64,000 nt of DNA from Candidatus Xenobia bacterium. Lineage in GTDB: Bacteria; Vulcanimicrobiota; Xenobia; Xenobiales; QWHO01. The notes under the pieces are model-generated. The model saw only the letters and a list, made by a program, of their open reading frames with translations, was not told the origin of the DNA and did not search any database. The DNA lies in assembly GCA_045863235.1 (NCBI GenBank), contig BTUM01000002.1, positions 64,001 to 128,000 on the forward strand. Direction: 5' to 3'. How positions within the stretch are numbered: the first letter of the stretch is position 1; every line of letters starts with the position of its first letter. Of the stretch, positions 9,190-19,221 are shown in pieces. The position numbers were made by a program, and so were the translations under genes.

Positions 9190-9268
9190 AGCAGGAATCC
9201 ACCCTGCCGTCGCGGAACCCCAGTTCGGGTTTCTCTGGAATTTTTTTCTTCACTCGGAGGGTGGATAT

Positions 9269-9613
9269 ATGCGCCGAATCGCTGTCCTGGTGCTCACGCT
9301 GGCCGTCCTTGCGGCCGGCAGCCTGCAAGCGCGGGCCGATGTGCTGAAGGACATTACCAACATTCTCTTCGGCAATGAAGTCTACGCAGAGGGGATCGTG
9401 AATTACGTTCAGCCCAGCTGGTTCTCGATTCTGCACGACGGAAACAAGTTCACCCGGGTGCTGATCCCCAACGGGCTGCGAGTTCCGTTCGACATTCAGG
9501 TGGGCAACCAGGTCGGCGTGACCATGCGCCCGGACAACTACGGCAACCTCTATCTCACCGACATCGAGAAGCTGCAAGACTCGGTTCCCCTTCCGCCCCC
9601 CACTCGTCGCTAA
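9269..9613 (+). CDS. Hypothetical exported protein (small beta-rich domain)
   Basis: GGAGG RBS and signal peptide MRRIAVLVLTLAVLAAGSLQARA. Confidence 0.75.
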   Translation: MRRIAVLVLTLAVLAAGSLQARADVLKDITNILFGNEVYAEGIVNYVQPSWFSILHDGNKFTRVLIPNGLRVPFDIQVGNQVGVTMRPDNYGNLYLTDIEKLQDSVPLPPPTRR

Positions 9614-9731
9614 TGGGCTCACCCTTGGGCCTTAGCAACCGCTGACCGACGCGCCGGAACGTAGTTCCTACGCGTTGCCAAGTGCAAGACTACAGGCCTT
9701 GCACGAAAATTTCCGGTTTGGAGTTGGTCCT

Positions 9732-10826
9732 GTGTCAAGTCTGCTGCGCGCCCTCGTGGCCTTTCTCGTAATCTGTCTTCCTGCGCTGGCTGCGGCCGCC
9801 ACGACCCAGCTCACCGTCGTCGCCAAGAGCGATCGAGTGGATCTGGTGTTCACTTCGTCGGCCCCCATCACGTACAAAGAAAAGATGATCTCTGGCTCCA
9901 TGCTGGGGATCGAGGTCAGCCCGGCCCAGCTCAAACCGGGAACCCCCAAGAAAGTCGCCATCGACAAGGGACTGATTCAGAGTGTTGCCCTCGAGCAGCG
10001 GGGCGATATGGTGCTGGTCAAGTTGGCCGTCATCTCCAGGCCCCGGTTACTGAAGGCCCGCCCCGAGCAGGGCGGCCGCAAGTTGACTCTGAGCTACTCG
10101 ACGGCTGACATCGCCAGTAGCCGCCCCTCCGGATTCTCCAACCTGGCCCCCGGCAAGCCGGCTCGCCCGGCCACGACTTCTGGGGCTGCCGTGCCGGCCA
10201 TTCGGCCCAGCGCTCCGGCCACCAGCGGAAGCGGCACTGTGCCAGTGAGACCCCTGGCCGCCAGCACGCCCACGCCCACGCCAGCGGCCTCAGCTGCATC
10301 TGCGACAACCGCTATCCCGATGATCAATCTCACCTTCCAGGACGCGCCGCTAGACGACGTCTTCGCGCGCATCGCCCTGCAGGCCGGGCTGATGCCCCAA
10401 CTCGATCCCAGCCTGACCGGATCCTTTACAGGCTCGCTGGTCAACGTCCCGCTGGATCAGGCCCTGCAAACCGTGCGCCAGGGTCAGAGCATCGACTGCA
10501 GCGTCCAGGGAGGCTACCTGATCGTCAAGCCGGCCCTGGGCCGATCCACAGCCGCGGGCGACCCTCCCTCGGTGACTGCCGCTCCGGCCGCCACGGTGGA
10601 GCCGGTGGCCGCCATCCCCCAACCTGCCCTGCCAGCCGGACCCATCGCGCGGGACTATTATCCCATCCGCAACAAGGCGGCCCTGGAGGTGCTCCAGTCG
10701 GCCCGCTCGGTGCTGCCCAACATCCGCTACACGGTGGACGAGCGCCTCAACATCATCATCGCCGAAGGCTCGCCCGCCGACATCGAGCGGCTCACCACGC
10801 TGCTTTCCAATGTAAGCGCGAAGTAG
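9732..10826 (+). CDS. Exported protein with AMIN-like, STN/N0 and secretin N-type domains; no secretin beta-barrel
   Basis: Signal peptide, beta-rich N-domain and Pro/Ala linker. INLTFQDAPLDDVFARIALQAG is STN-like and VDERLNIIIAEGSPADIERL is secretin_N-like. Start uncertain. Confidence 0.7.
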   Translation: MSSLLRALVAFLVICLPALAAAATTQLTVVAKSDRVDLVFTSSAPITYKEKMISGSMLGIEVSPAQLKPGTPKKVAIDKGLIQSVALEQRGDMVLVKLAVISRPRLLKARPEQGGRKLTLSYSTADIASSRPSGFSNLAPGKPARPATTSGAAVPAIRPSAPATSGSGTVPVRPLAASTPTPTPAASAASATTAIPMINLTFQDAPLDDVFARIALQAGLMPQLDPSLTGSFTGSLVNVPLDQALQTVRQGQSIDCSVQGGYLIVKPALGRSTAAGDPPSVTAAPAATVEPVAAIPQPALPAGPIARDYYPIRNKAALEVLQSARSVLPNIRYTVDERLNIIIAEGSPADIERLTTLLSNVSAK

Positions 10827-10886
10827 CAGGAACTCCCCCGGCCGGGTTGAATGTTCTTCAACTACTAAACTGGGGGTGGTCTGATC

Positions 10887-11819
10887 GTGGCCAGCAAGAA
10901 ATCTTCACCGCGCCCGGCCGTTTCCGGCTCCTGGCGGGCCGTCCGTGACGCGCGCCGTTCGAAGAGGAATCTCTGCATCTCGGGCCCGGGTCGTACCCGC
11001 ACCCCGGGCGAGCGAGAGCTCGTTCTCCAGGAGCGGCGCCTGCGCTCGCAGGAATCAGGTGAAGCCCCCGAGACCGATCTGGAGCGAGCCCAGAACCTGG
11101 TCTACGAAGCCTGGGAGCTCTCCCCTTCCGAGCGCACCCAGAAGGCTTTGCGGGCTCTGGTTCTCTCTCCCCGATGCGCGGATGCCTATTTGTTGCTGGC
11201 TGATTCCGCCCCCACTTCCCAGGAGCGTCTGCAACTCTGTCGTCAGGCCATCGTGGCCGCCCGCGCGGCCATGCGTGACTCCTATGAGGAGGGCGAGGAT
11301 CTCTGGAGCCGCCTGAGCAGCCGGCCCTATCTCCGAGCGCGGGCCGCCTGTGCCAGGGCCATGTGGGATCATGGTGAGCCCGAGGCTGCGGCCGAGGAAC
11401 TGCTCGAGCTGGTGAAGCTCAATCCGGGTGACAACCTGGGTCTTCGCTACCTGTTCCTGCCCCTGCTCATTCAGCTCGGTCGCCGCCGCGAAGCCGAAGC
11501 ATTGGCTCGGACCTGGGATGAGGAACCAAGCCCCGAGTGGGATTTCAACCGGGCTCTGCTCGGTTTCTGGCGCCGCGGCGCATCGGCGGCCGCTCTGCGC
11601 CACCTGCGTCGGGGAATGAGCCGCAATCCCCATCTAGCTGGTTACCTCCTCGGATGCAACCCCATTCCGCGGCGTCTGCCCGACGCCATTACTTTCGGTG
11701 AAGAAGACGAGGCCGTCGATTATGCTGCCAGGGCCCACGCCGCCTGGGCAGCCGTTCCGGGCGCGCTGGACTGGTTGGCCGCCTCGCTTTTCCCCGAACA
11801 AACTTCGGCGCTGGGCTGA
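10887..11819 (+). CDS. TPR-like helical protein (ST7-like bacterial family)
   Basis: AQNLVYEAWE, CADAYLLLA, RPYLRA and LNPGDNLGLRY motifs. Confidence 0.7.
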   Translation: MASKKSSPRPAVSGSWRAVRDARRSKRNLCISGPGRTRTPGERELVLQERRLRSQESGEAPETDLERAQNLVYEAWELSPSERTQKALRALVLSPRCADAYLLLADSAPTSQERLQLCRQAIVAARAAMRDSYEEGEDLWSRLSSRPYLRARAACARAMWDHGEPEAAAEELLELVKLNPGDNLGLRYLFLPLLIQLGRRREAEALARTWDEEPSPEWDFNRALLGFWRRGASAAALRHLRRGMSRNPHLAGYLLGCNPIPRRLPDAITFGEEDEAVDYAARAHAAWAAVPGALDWLAASLFPEQTSALG

Positions 11820-11923
11820 GTGTCCTCGGGGGACGCGGAGGACTCAAGAGAAAGAGCCACGAACCCCGGGAAAGCCGCCAGGCAAACGGGCGCGCCCGCG
11901 CGCCGCAAGTGAGGGAGTCGGGG

Positions 11924-13966
11924 ATGAAAACCGAAGCAGACAAGCCCGTTCAAGAGCTGAAGGCCCACTTGAAGAAGCACCCCAAGGACGCCGACGGCTA
12001 CTATGAGCTGGGAGTGGCCTACGCCCGCCAGGGCGATATGGGTCTGGCCTGCCGCCAATGGCGCAAGGTACTCGAGCTGCAACCGGCTCACTCGGCCGCC
12101 CGCTATTTTCTGGGGATGGCCTACCTCTCGCAAGGCAAGCTGCAGCAGGCCATCGCCCAGTACCGGACGGCCCTCGAGCACAACCCCAAGGACCATTACG
12201 CTTACAACAACCTGGGGTTGGTGCTGGCCCGCCAGGAGAACTGGGACGAGGCCATCCGATGCTGGCGCAAGGCTCTCGAGATCAAGCCCGACTACGGGCA
12301 AGCTCACTACAACCTGGGTCTGGTCTACTCTCGCCTCAACCGACTGGACGAGGCCATCACCGAGTATCGTCGCGCTCTCGGCATCAATCCTCAGGACGTG
12401 TACGCCCACAACAACCTGGGCCAGCTTTACGCCCGCCGCAACGAGCTTGACGCCGCCGAGCGCGAGTTCAAGAACGCCATCGAGATCGACGCCGACGATC
12501 TTTATGCCCACAACAACCTGGGCAAACTGTTCGACCGAACCGGGCGCATCGCCGACGCCCAGCGCGAGTTCGAGATTGCCCTCCAGATCGAGCCCGACGA
12601 CGCTTACGCGCGCAACAACCTGGGCCGCATCCTGGCCAAGCAGGATCGCTTCTCGGAGGCCATCCAGCAGTTCTACCGGGTGCTCGACACCAGTCCTGAG
12701 GATGCCGTGGCCTATCACAATCTGGGCCGCATTCACGCTCAGATGGGCGACTGGCAGAAGGCGGTCGAGAACTATCGGCGCGCGCTCGAGCTCAATCCCG
12801 ATGACACCTACGCTCGCAACAACCTGGGTCGAGCCCTGCTCTCCTTGAACCAGGTCGAGGAGGCCGAAAAGGAGTTCCTCTTCTCGCTCTCGCTCAATGA
12901 CCGGGACACTTACGCCCTCAACAATCTGGGCCTCTGCCTGCTGCGCCAGGGCCGGACCGAGGAGGCGGTGGAAGTGCTCACGCGGGCTCTGGAGTGCGAC
13001 CCGGACGATCTGCTGGCTCACAACAACCTGGGCTTCAGCCTCTCGTCGCAGGGCCGCTACGAGGAAGCCATCACCGAGTTCCACCGCGCCCTCAAGATCG
13101 ACGGCCGCGATACCTATGCCCTGACCAACCTGGGTCTGGCCTACGCCCGTCTGGGCAAGCTGGACGAAGCGATCAAGAGCTATCGCCGGGCTCTCGAGGT
13201 CGATCCGCGCGACATTTACGCCTACAACAACCTCGGTCTTGCCTTCCTGTCCAAGGAGAGCTGGGACGAGGCCCTCAAAGCCTTCTCGGACGCGCTGGCC
13301 ATCGATCCCGGCGACCCTTACACCTTCAACAACCGGGGCCTGGCCTACACCTCCATGAACCGGCTCGACGAAGCCGCCTCCGACTTTATCAAAGCGCTCC
13401 AACTCGATCCCAGCGACATTTACGCCCACAACAACCTGGGCATCGTCTACGCCCGTCAGAGCAAACTGGAGGAAGCCATCAGCAAGTGGCGTGAGGCCGT
13501 CCGCCTGAATCCGCGCTACGCCGAGGCCCACTTCAATCTCGGTCTGGCCTATTTTGAGCGCGAGCAGTTCCGCGAAGCGGTCATCGAGTTCGAGGAAGCG
13601 CTCGGGATGGATCCTGGCCTGGTTCCGGCCCGCGGCAACCTGGCTCTGGCCTATGCGCGTCTGGGCGACGAGAAGATGGCCCGGGTGCAGTTCCGCGTCA
13701 CCTCCGAAGCAGCCGCCGGACAGGGGCAGGAGGCCTACCTCAAGCAGCTCTCGAGCGACCTGGAGGAGGCCCTGTCTGGCAAGGCCACCCGTAAAGCGGC
13801 CGCCAAGACGAAGGCAGCTCCGGTCAAGCCCGCCAAAGCTCCTGCCGCCAAGAAGGAGAAGGCGCCTCCCAAGGTGGCCCCCAAAGCCAAAGCCGCTCCC
13901 AAGAGCAAGGCCGCTCCCAAGACCAGCCCGCCCAGCAAGCGCTCCTCCTCCCGGAAAAAGAGCTAA
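11924..13966 (+). CDS. Tetratricopeptide repeat protein (about 17 TPRs) with Lys/Ala/Pro-rich tail
   Basis: Regular 34-aa repeats (AxNNLG ... A ... AL..DP.D.Y) followed by a basic KAAP-rich C-terminus. Confidence 0.93.
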   Translation: MKTEADKPVQELKAHLKKHPKDADGYYELGVAYARQGDMGLACRQWRKVLELQPAHSAARYFLGMAYLSQGKLQQAIAQYRTALEHNPKDHYAYNNLGLVLARQENWDEAIRCWRKALEIKPDYGQAHYNLGLVYSRLNRLDEAITEYRRALGINPQDVYAHNNLGQLYARRNELDAAEREFKNAIEIDADDLYAHNNLGKLFDRTGRIADAQREFEIALQIEPDDAYARNNLGRILAKQDRFSEAIQQFYRVLDTSPEDAVAYHNLGRIHAQMGDWQKAVENYRRALELNPDDTYARNNLGRALLSLNQVEEAEKEFLFSLSLNDRDTYALNNLGLCLLRQGRTEEAVEVLTRALECDPDDLLAHNNLGFSLSSQGRYEEAITEFHRALKIDGRDTYALTNLGLAYARLGKLDEAIKSYRRALEVDPRDIYAYNNLGLAFLSKESWDEALKAFSDALAIDPGDPYTFNNRGLAYTSMNRLDEAASDFIKALQLDPSDIYAHNNLGIVYARQSKLEEAISKWREAVRLNPRYAEAHFNLGLAYFEREQFREAVIEFEEALGMDPGLVPARGNLALAYARLGDEKMARVQFRVTSEAAAGQGQEAYLKQLSSDLEEALSGKATRKAAAKTKAAPVKPAKAPAAKKEKAPPKVAPKAKAAPKSKAAPKTSPPSKRSSSRKKS

Positions 13967-14022
13967 ACCGCAAACCACGACAACGCTCGGTTGTCCTCAT
14001 CGGCAGACTGTTGATCCAAAGC

Positions 14023-15906
14023 TCAAACGTCCAGCTCGACGGCCTCGCGCGAGCTCTCCATCACCAGCCGGTAGCGGGGAGCGGGATCCTTGCCAAAGCA
14101 GTCGCGCAGCGTGCGGTCAGCCTCGGCCTCGTCCGGCACCACCACCCGGAACAGCGTACGGGTGGCCGGCGCCAGGGTCGTTTCACGCAGCTGCCCCGGG
14201 CTCATTTCGCCCAGGCCTTTGAAGCGGGTGACCTGGCTCGGCTTCTTGCGATGTGCGGCCAGGATGGCCTCTCGCTGGGGATCGTCCCAGGCCCAGTGGA
14301 TCTGAGAGCCGTAGGCCACCCGGTAGAGCGGCGGGCGACCCAGGTAGACGTGTCCGAGCCGGATCAGCTCGGGCAGGTGGCGATAGAAGAACGTCAGCAG
14401 CAGCCCGGCGATGTGATGCCCGTCCGAGTCGGCGTCGGTCAGGATGACCACCCGATGATAGCGCAGACGGTTGGCTTCAAATCGCTGGCCAATACCGCAG
14501 CCCAGAGCGCTGACCAGATCGGCGATCTCGCGGTTGCCCCCCAGCCGGGTCAGGGCTGCTTGCTCGGTGTTCAGGATCTTGCCTCGCAGAGGCAGGACAG
14601 CCTGAAACTTGCGATCACGAGCTTGCTTGGCCGAACCGCCGGCCGAGTCGCCCTCGACCACGAACAGCTCGCGCTCTCCAGGGCGAGTGGAGGAGCAGTC
14701 GGCCAGCTTACCTGGCAGTTGCAGGCGGGGGGCCGAGATGGCTCGGCGATCGGCCAGGTCGGCGGCGGCCCGGGCCTCTGAGCGAGCCCGAGCGGCCTGG
14801 ATAAGACGCTCGGCCAGCTGGGCCGAGGTGGTCGAGCGGTCATTGAGCTGCTGCTCCAGGGCGATGGCCAGGGACTGGGTCAGGGGGCCGGTGATCTCGG
14901 GATTGTTGAGTCGTTCCTTGGTCTGGCCCTTGAACTGGGGGTTACTCAAAAACACCGAGAAGACGGCCCGCATTCCATCGCGCAGGTCCTCGGCGCTGAG
15001 CTTGAGGTCGCGTGGCCACAGCTTGTGCGTTTCCAGGTAGCTCTTCACGGCCCTGGAAACCGCGTTGCGCAGGGCGTTCTCGTGAGTGCCGCCTTCGGGG
15101 GTGGCGATACCGTTGGCGTGGCTGAAAACCTTCTCGCCTGCCCCGGTCGTCCAGACCAGAGCCAGCTCGGCCCGAGGCTCACCCTCGCTGCGCCACTCGA
15201 AGACCGGTCCGAACGGGGTCTCCTGACCCAGGAGATCGGTCAGGTACTCCCCCAGCCCGTGCCCGGGGCGGAAGGTCTCGGTCTCGCCCCGATAGGTCAG
15301 GGTGGTGGTCAGGCGATGCAAGAAAGCGGTCGCCCGCAGACGGCTGCGGATGCGCCCCGGGTCGAAGGTCGTGTCGGGAAAGATGCTGGGGTCGGGTTTG
15401 AAGTAGAGGCTGGAGCCGCTCTGACGCGCACCGCTGACCCTCTGCATGGGGCCCAGAGGCTCGCCCCGACGAAAGCTCTGGCGCACCTTCTGGCCGTCGC
15501 GGCAGACGGTTGCCTCGAGCACTTCAGCCAGGGCGTTGACCACGCTGGAGCCCACCCCGTGCAATCCGCCCGAGTAGCCGTAGGGTGAGCCTCCGAACTT
15601 GGCTCCGGCGTGCAGGGTGGTGAGGATCAGCTCCAGGGCTGGTCGCCCGTGCTCAGGATGCAGGTCGATGGGAATGCCCCGCCCGTCGTCTGAGACCCGC
15701 ACTCCCTGGCGGTCCTCGTCGAGCACCACGTCAATGCGGGTGGCGTAGCCGTTCATGGCTTCGTCCACGGCGTTGTCCACCAGCTCCCAGACCAGGTGAT
15801 GCAGGCCCTGAGCGTCCACACCACCGATGTAGAGGGCCGGGCGCTGGCGCACCGGCTCCAGGCCAGTCAGCACGGTGATGTCACGGGCGGTATAGGTCTT
15901 ACTCAT
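14023..15906 (-). CDS. parE: Type IIA topoisomerase subunit B (topoisomerase IV ParE-like)
   Basis: ELVDNAVDE, DDGRGIP, SGGLHGVG, VEGDSAGGS, PLRGKILN, TDADSDG and RFKGLGEM motifs. ParE rather than GyrB is inferred. Confidence 0.85.
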   Translation of the reverse strand: MSKTYTARDITVLTGLEPVRQRPALYIGGVDAQGLHHLVWELVDNAVDEAMNGYATRIDVVLDEDRQGVRVSDDGRGIPIDLHPEHGRPALELILTTLHAGAKFGGSPYGYSGGLHGVGSSVVNALAEVLEATVCRDGQKVRQSFRRGEPLGPMQRVSGARQSGSSLYFKPDPSIFPDTTFDPGRIRSRLRATAFLHRLTTTLTYRGETETFRPGHGLGEYLTDLLGQETPFGPVFEWRSEGEPRAELALVWTTGAGEKVFSHANGIATPEGGTHENALRNAVSRAVKSYLETHKLWPRDLKLSAEDLRDGMRAVFSVFLSNPQFKGQTKERLNNPEITGPLTQSLAIALEQQLNDRSTTSAQLAERLIQAARARSEARAAADLADRRAISAPRLQLPGKLADCSSTRPGERELFVVEGDSAGGSAKQARDRKFQAVLPLRGKILNTEQAALTRLGGNREIADLVSALGCGIGQRFEANRLRYHRVVILTDADSDGHHIAGLLLTFFYRHLPELIRLGHVYLGRPPLYRVAYGSQIHWAWDDPQREAILAAHRKKPSQVTRFKGLGEMSPGQLRETTLAPATRTLFRVVVPDEAEADRTLRDCFGKDPAPRYRLVMESSREAVELDV

Positions 15907-18136
15907 CCGGGCTCAGCTCCAATCGACCCCGGGCCAGCACCGGCACGCCTTCCTGGCCCAAGGCCAGCTCGGGCAGCTTGCGGGCCGACAGCCTCAAGGT
16001 GCGGGTGGCTCCCACCCGCCGAACGCTCAAGCTTCCCAGCCCAAATCCGATCAGGAGGTCACCCTGGCTCAAAGCCATCAGCATCACGCCTCGCCCGGTC
16101 TTGCGGGGTAACGCGCTGACCGGAGCGCTCCAGGCCCGGCCAAGATGGGAAGCCAGGATCAGCCGCTCCTTGCCCTGCAGCACCTGCACACCCAGGATGC
16201 TCGCCTGGGCACGGGCAAAGCGTCGTCCCGAGCGGGCGGCGCCGGGAGAACGAAAGAGGTCGAGCGAGAAGACCGCCCCGGTGCCGTCCGAAGCCACGTA
16301 GACGGCTTCCGAGCGCTTCTCGGCCGAGCTGAATGCGGCCACCAGCCGCTCATCGTCGGAGAGCACGGCCAGCTTCTGGATGGGCCGCGGCTCACCGGGC
16401 AAGTCGTCCACTTTGAGCGTGAAGGCGCTGCCCAGCGAGGTAAACAGCATGAGGGCCTGTCCCGAGGTCAGCTCGAGCTGGTGCGTCCAGCTGTCTTGAG
16501 GGCGCTCTGGCAGGCGATCCTCGCGCCCCCGTCGGCAGACCCAGCCGGCCGCACTGACGCCCACGAGGTAGCGCTGGGTCTCGTTGGAGCGCTTCTCTGG
16601 CAATCGGATGCGGGTGCGGCGCGGGTCGGAGAAACGGCGCTTGAGGTCGGTCAGCTCCTGGGCGATCAGACCTAGCATGGCGCCCGGGCTGGCCAGCAAG
16701 GCGCGCACCTCGCGCCTCCGGCGGGTCTTCTCGTCGTGGTCGCGGCGCGTCAGCTCGACGTCCTTTTTGCCCAGCCGGTAGAGCCGCAGCTCGAGCACGG
16801 CCTGGACCTGGACCTCATCGAGCTCGAAGCGCTCGCGCAGCTGTCGGGCCGCTTCCTCGCGCCCCTCGGCCCGGCGGATGATGGTGACCGCCTGATCCAG
16901 TGCCCGAAAAACCCGCATGAAACCCTCCAGCAGGTGGAGACGCTCGCCGAGCTGGCGGTCCTCATGCTCGAGGCGCCGGCGCACCACCTGACGACGAAAG
17001 TCCAGAAAGGCCTCCAGCAGGGCCTTCAAGCCCAGGCGCGCTGGCAACCCCTCGGGTGTGAGGCAGGTGAAGTTGGCGTGAAATGTCGTCTGGAGCGAGG
17101 TCTTGTCGTAGAGCTGCTGCAGCACGCGCCGGGCGGGAGCCTCGCTGTGCAGCTCGAGCACGACCCGGACGTCCTCGGCCGACTCGTCACGCACGTTGAC
17201 CAGCCCGGGAATCGCTCCCTCCTGAATGCGGGCGGCGATCTCCTCGACCAGCCTGGAACGGGCCAACATGTAGGGGATGCTGGTGATGATCAGCCGCTGC
17301 CAGCGCCCGGTCGCCTCCTCCGGCACCACCTCGCCCCGCAGGACCAGGCTCCCCTGCCCTTCCTCGTAGAGCTGCTCGAGGGCGGACGGGATGATGTGCA
17401 GCTCACCGCCGGTGGGAAAGTCGGGACCCTTGACCCAGGCCAGCAGGTCGCGAGTGCTGCGGCCAGGATCCTTGATCAGGGCCAGGCAAGCGTCCACGAC
17501 CTCGCGGAGGTTGTGGGGGGGGAGGTTCGTGGCGACCCCCACCGCAATGCCGGCGCATCCGTTGACCAGCAGCTGAGGAAAACGGGCCGGCAGCACGACC
17601 GGCTCGGTGGTGCTGTCGTCGAAGTTGGGACGAAAGTCGACCGTGTCTTGCTCGAGCTCGGTGATGAACTCGAGGGCCAGGGGGCGAAGACGGGCCTCGG
17701 TGTAGCGATAGGCAGCCGGGGCATCACCGTCCAGGGAGCCGAAGTTGCCCTGGCCGTCTACCAGCGGACAGCGCAACACCCAGTCTTGGGCCAGCCGAAC
17801 CAGCGCCTCGTAGACAGCCGTGTCGCCGTGGGGGTGATAGCTGCCCAGCACCCCGCCCACCACTTTGGCGCACTTGATGGGCGGACGGTCGGGCCACAGC
17901 TTGAGGTCGTGGGCCATGGTGTAGAGGATCCGCCGTTGAACCGGCTTCAATCCGTCGCGCACGTCGGGCAGGGCCCGGGAAGTGATGACCGAGACCGCAT
18001 AGTTGAGAAAACGCGCTCGGGCCGCTTCATGGAGGGGGATGTCGAGGATCGTGCCGGCGTCTGCCACGAGAGCAGGTTCGATAGCCTGGACCCGCTTCCT
18101 GTCTAGGATCCTGAGCTTTCTGAAGAATTTTCTCAA
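15899..18136 (-). CDS. parC: Type IIA topoisomerase subunit A (topoisomerase IV ParC-like)
   Basis: RALPDVRDGLKPVQRR, YHPHGD and AAYRYTE (catalytic Tyr). Short degenerate C-terminal domain with no recognisable GyrA box. Start uncertain. Confidence 0.85.
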   Translation of the reverse strand: MRKFFRKLRILDRKRVQAIEPALVADAGTILDIPLHEAARARFLNYAVSVITSRALPDVRDGLKPVQRRILYTMAHDLKLWPDRPPIKCAKVVGGVLGSYHPHGDTAVYEALVRLAQDWVLRCPLVDGQGNFGSLDGDAPAAYRYTEARLRPLALEFITELEQDTVDFRPNFDDSTTEPVVLPARFPQLLVNGCAGIAVGVATNLPPHNLREVVDACLALIKDPGRSTRDLLAWVKGPDFPTGGELHIIPSALEQLYEEGQGSLVLRGEVVPEEATGRWQRLIITSIPYMLARSRLVEEIAARIQEGAIPGLVNVRDESAEDVRVVLELHSEAPARRVLQQLYDKTSLQTTFHANFTCLTPEGLPARLGLKALLEAFLDFRRQVVRRRLEHEDRQLGERLHLLEGFMRVFRALDQAVTIIRRAEGREEAARQLRERFELDEVQVQAVLELRLYRLGKKDVELTRRDHDEKTRRRREVRALLASPGAMLGLIAQELTDLKRRFSDPRRTRIRLPEKRSNETQRYLVGVSAAGWVCRRGREDRLPERPQDSWTHQLELTSGQALMLFTSLGSAFTLKVDDLPGEPRPIQKLAVLSDDERLVAAFSSAEKRSEAVYVASDGTGAVFSLDLFRSPGAARSGRRFARAQASILGVQVLQGKERLILASHLGRAWSAPVSALPRKTGRGVMLMALSQGDLLIGFGLGSLSVRRVGATRTLRLSARKLPELALGQEGVPVLARGRLELSPDE

Positions 18137-18299
18137 ATCAGAACGAGAGTTCGTCGAACTTATGCTCTAGAATTCCAGCTTTCACAGGCTGTCCAACCGA
18201 ATCGATAGTTCATTCTTCCGGGGCTCAACAGACTGTACTCTATCAAGCACGTTGAATGTGAGACTGTTTTGAAACTTGAATTACCCTTAGACTGTGACT

Positions 18300-19217
18300 A
18301 TGCGACGCGAGCCTGTGACCTGGGGAATCGTGCTGGCCCTGCTGAGCCTCTACTTCATCTGGGGCTCGACCTACATGGCGATCCGCTACACGCTGGAGAG
18401 CCTGCCTCCGCTGCTGACGGCGGGCTTCCGATTTCTGGGAGCCGGATTGACGCTCTACGTCGCCCTCCGGATTGCCGGCCATCCTCATCCCGAGGGGCGC
18501 CGCTGGCTCGGCGCCGCGGTCGTGGGCACCTTGTTGCTCTTTGGAGGCAATGGCCTGGTGATGCTGGCCGAGCGTCACGTTCACTCGGGGCTGGTGGCCG
18601 TTCTGCTCGCCTCGGTGGCTCTCTGGACGGCTCTCTTCTCGGGGCTTTTCGGACTGTGGCCCTCCAGGCGCGAGTCCATCGGAATCGCCATCGGCCTCGT
18701 GGGCGTGGTGCTCTTGAACCTGGAGGGCAATCTCCAGGCTCACCCGCTGGGAGCCTTGATGGTGCTGGGCTCAGCCCTCTCCTGGGCGCTGGGCTCGGTG
18801 CTCAGCACCCGCCTGCCCATGCCCGGGGGTCTGATGGCTGCGGCTGCCCAGATGTTGTGCGGCGGGGCGCTGTTGACTCTGGTGGGCAGCCTGCTCGGAG
18901 AGACCTGGCCAGCTCACCCCACGGCCCTCTCCCTGTGGGCCTTCGCCTACATGCTGGTGTTCGGATCGCTGGTGGGCTTCACGGCCTACAACTACCTGCT
19001 TCAGCGGGTCAGCACCAGCCTGGCGACCAGCTACGCTTACGTCAATCCGGTCGTGGCCGTGCTGCTCGGCGTCTGGCTCGGGGGCGAGAGCATCAGCAGC
19101 TACGGGATCGCCGCCCTGGTCATCATTTTGCTGGCAGTGGCCCTGGTGGCTTCGGCTCGAACCCCGCTCCCAGCGCGCTCGAGGGACGAGTTTCCTGAGC
19201 TGGCCGAGGTCGCCTGA
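18300..19217 (+). CDS. EamA/DMT family transporter (YedA-like)
   Basis: YFIWGSTY, FRFLGAG, FGSLVGFTAY and SYAYVNPVVAV motifs, about 10 TM. TAGACT lies 6 nt before ATG 18300. Confidence 0.9.
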   Translation: MRREPVTWGIVLALLSLYFIWGSTYMAIRYTLESLPPLLTAGFRFLGAGLTLYVALRIAGHPHPEGRRWLGAAVVGTLLLFGGNGLVMLAERHVHSGLVAVLLASVALWTALFSGLFGLWPSRRESIGIAIGLVGVVLLNLEGNLQAHPLGALMVLGSALSWALGSVLSTRLPMPGGLMAAAAQMLCGGALLTLVGSLLGETWPAHPTALSLWAFAYMLVFGSLVGFTAYNYLLQRVSTSLATSYAYVNPVVAVLLGVWLGGESISSYGIAALVIILLAVALVASARTPLPARSRDEFPELAEVA

Positions 19218-19221
19218 TCGG

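Noticed and set aside
11990..13660. Regular repeats about 102 nt apart (caacaacctggg) that could suggest a CRISPR array
   Set aside because: They are in-frame TPR codons with degenerate sequence. There are no cas genes and no repeat-spacer structure.
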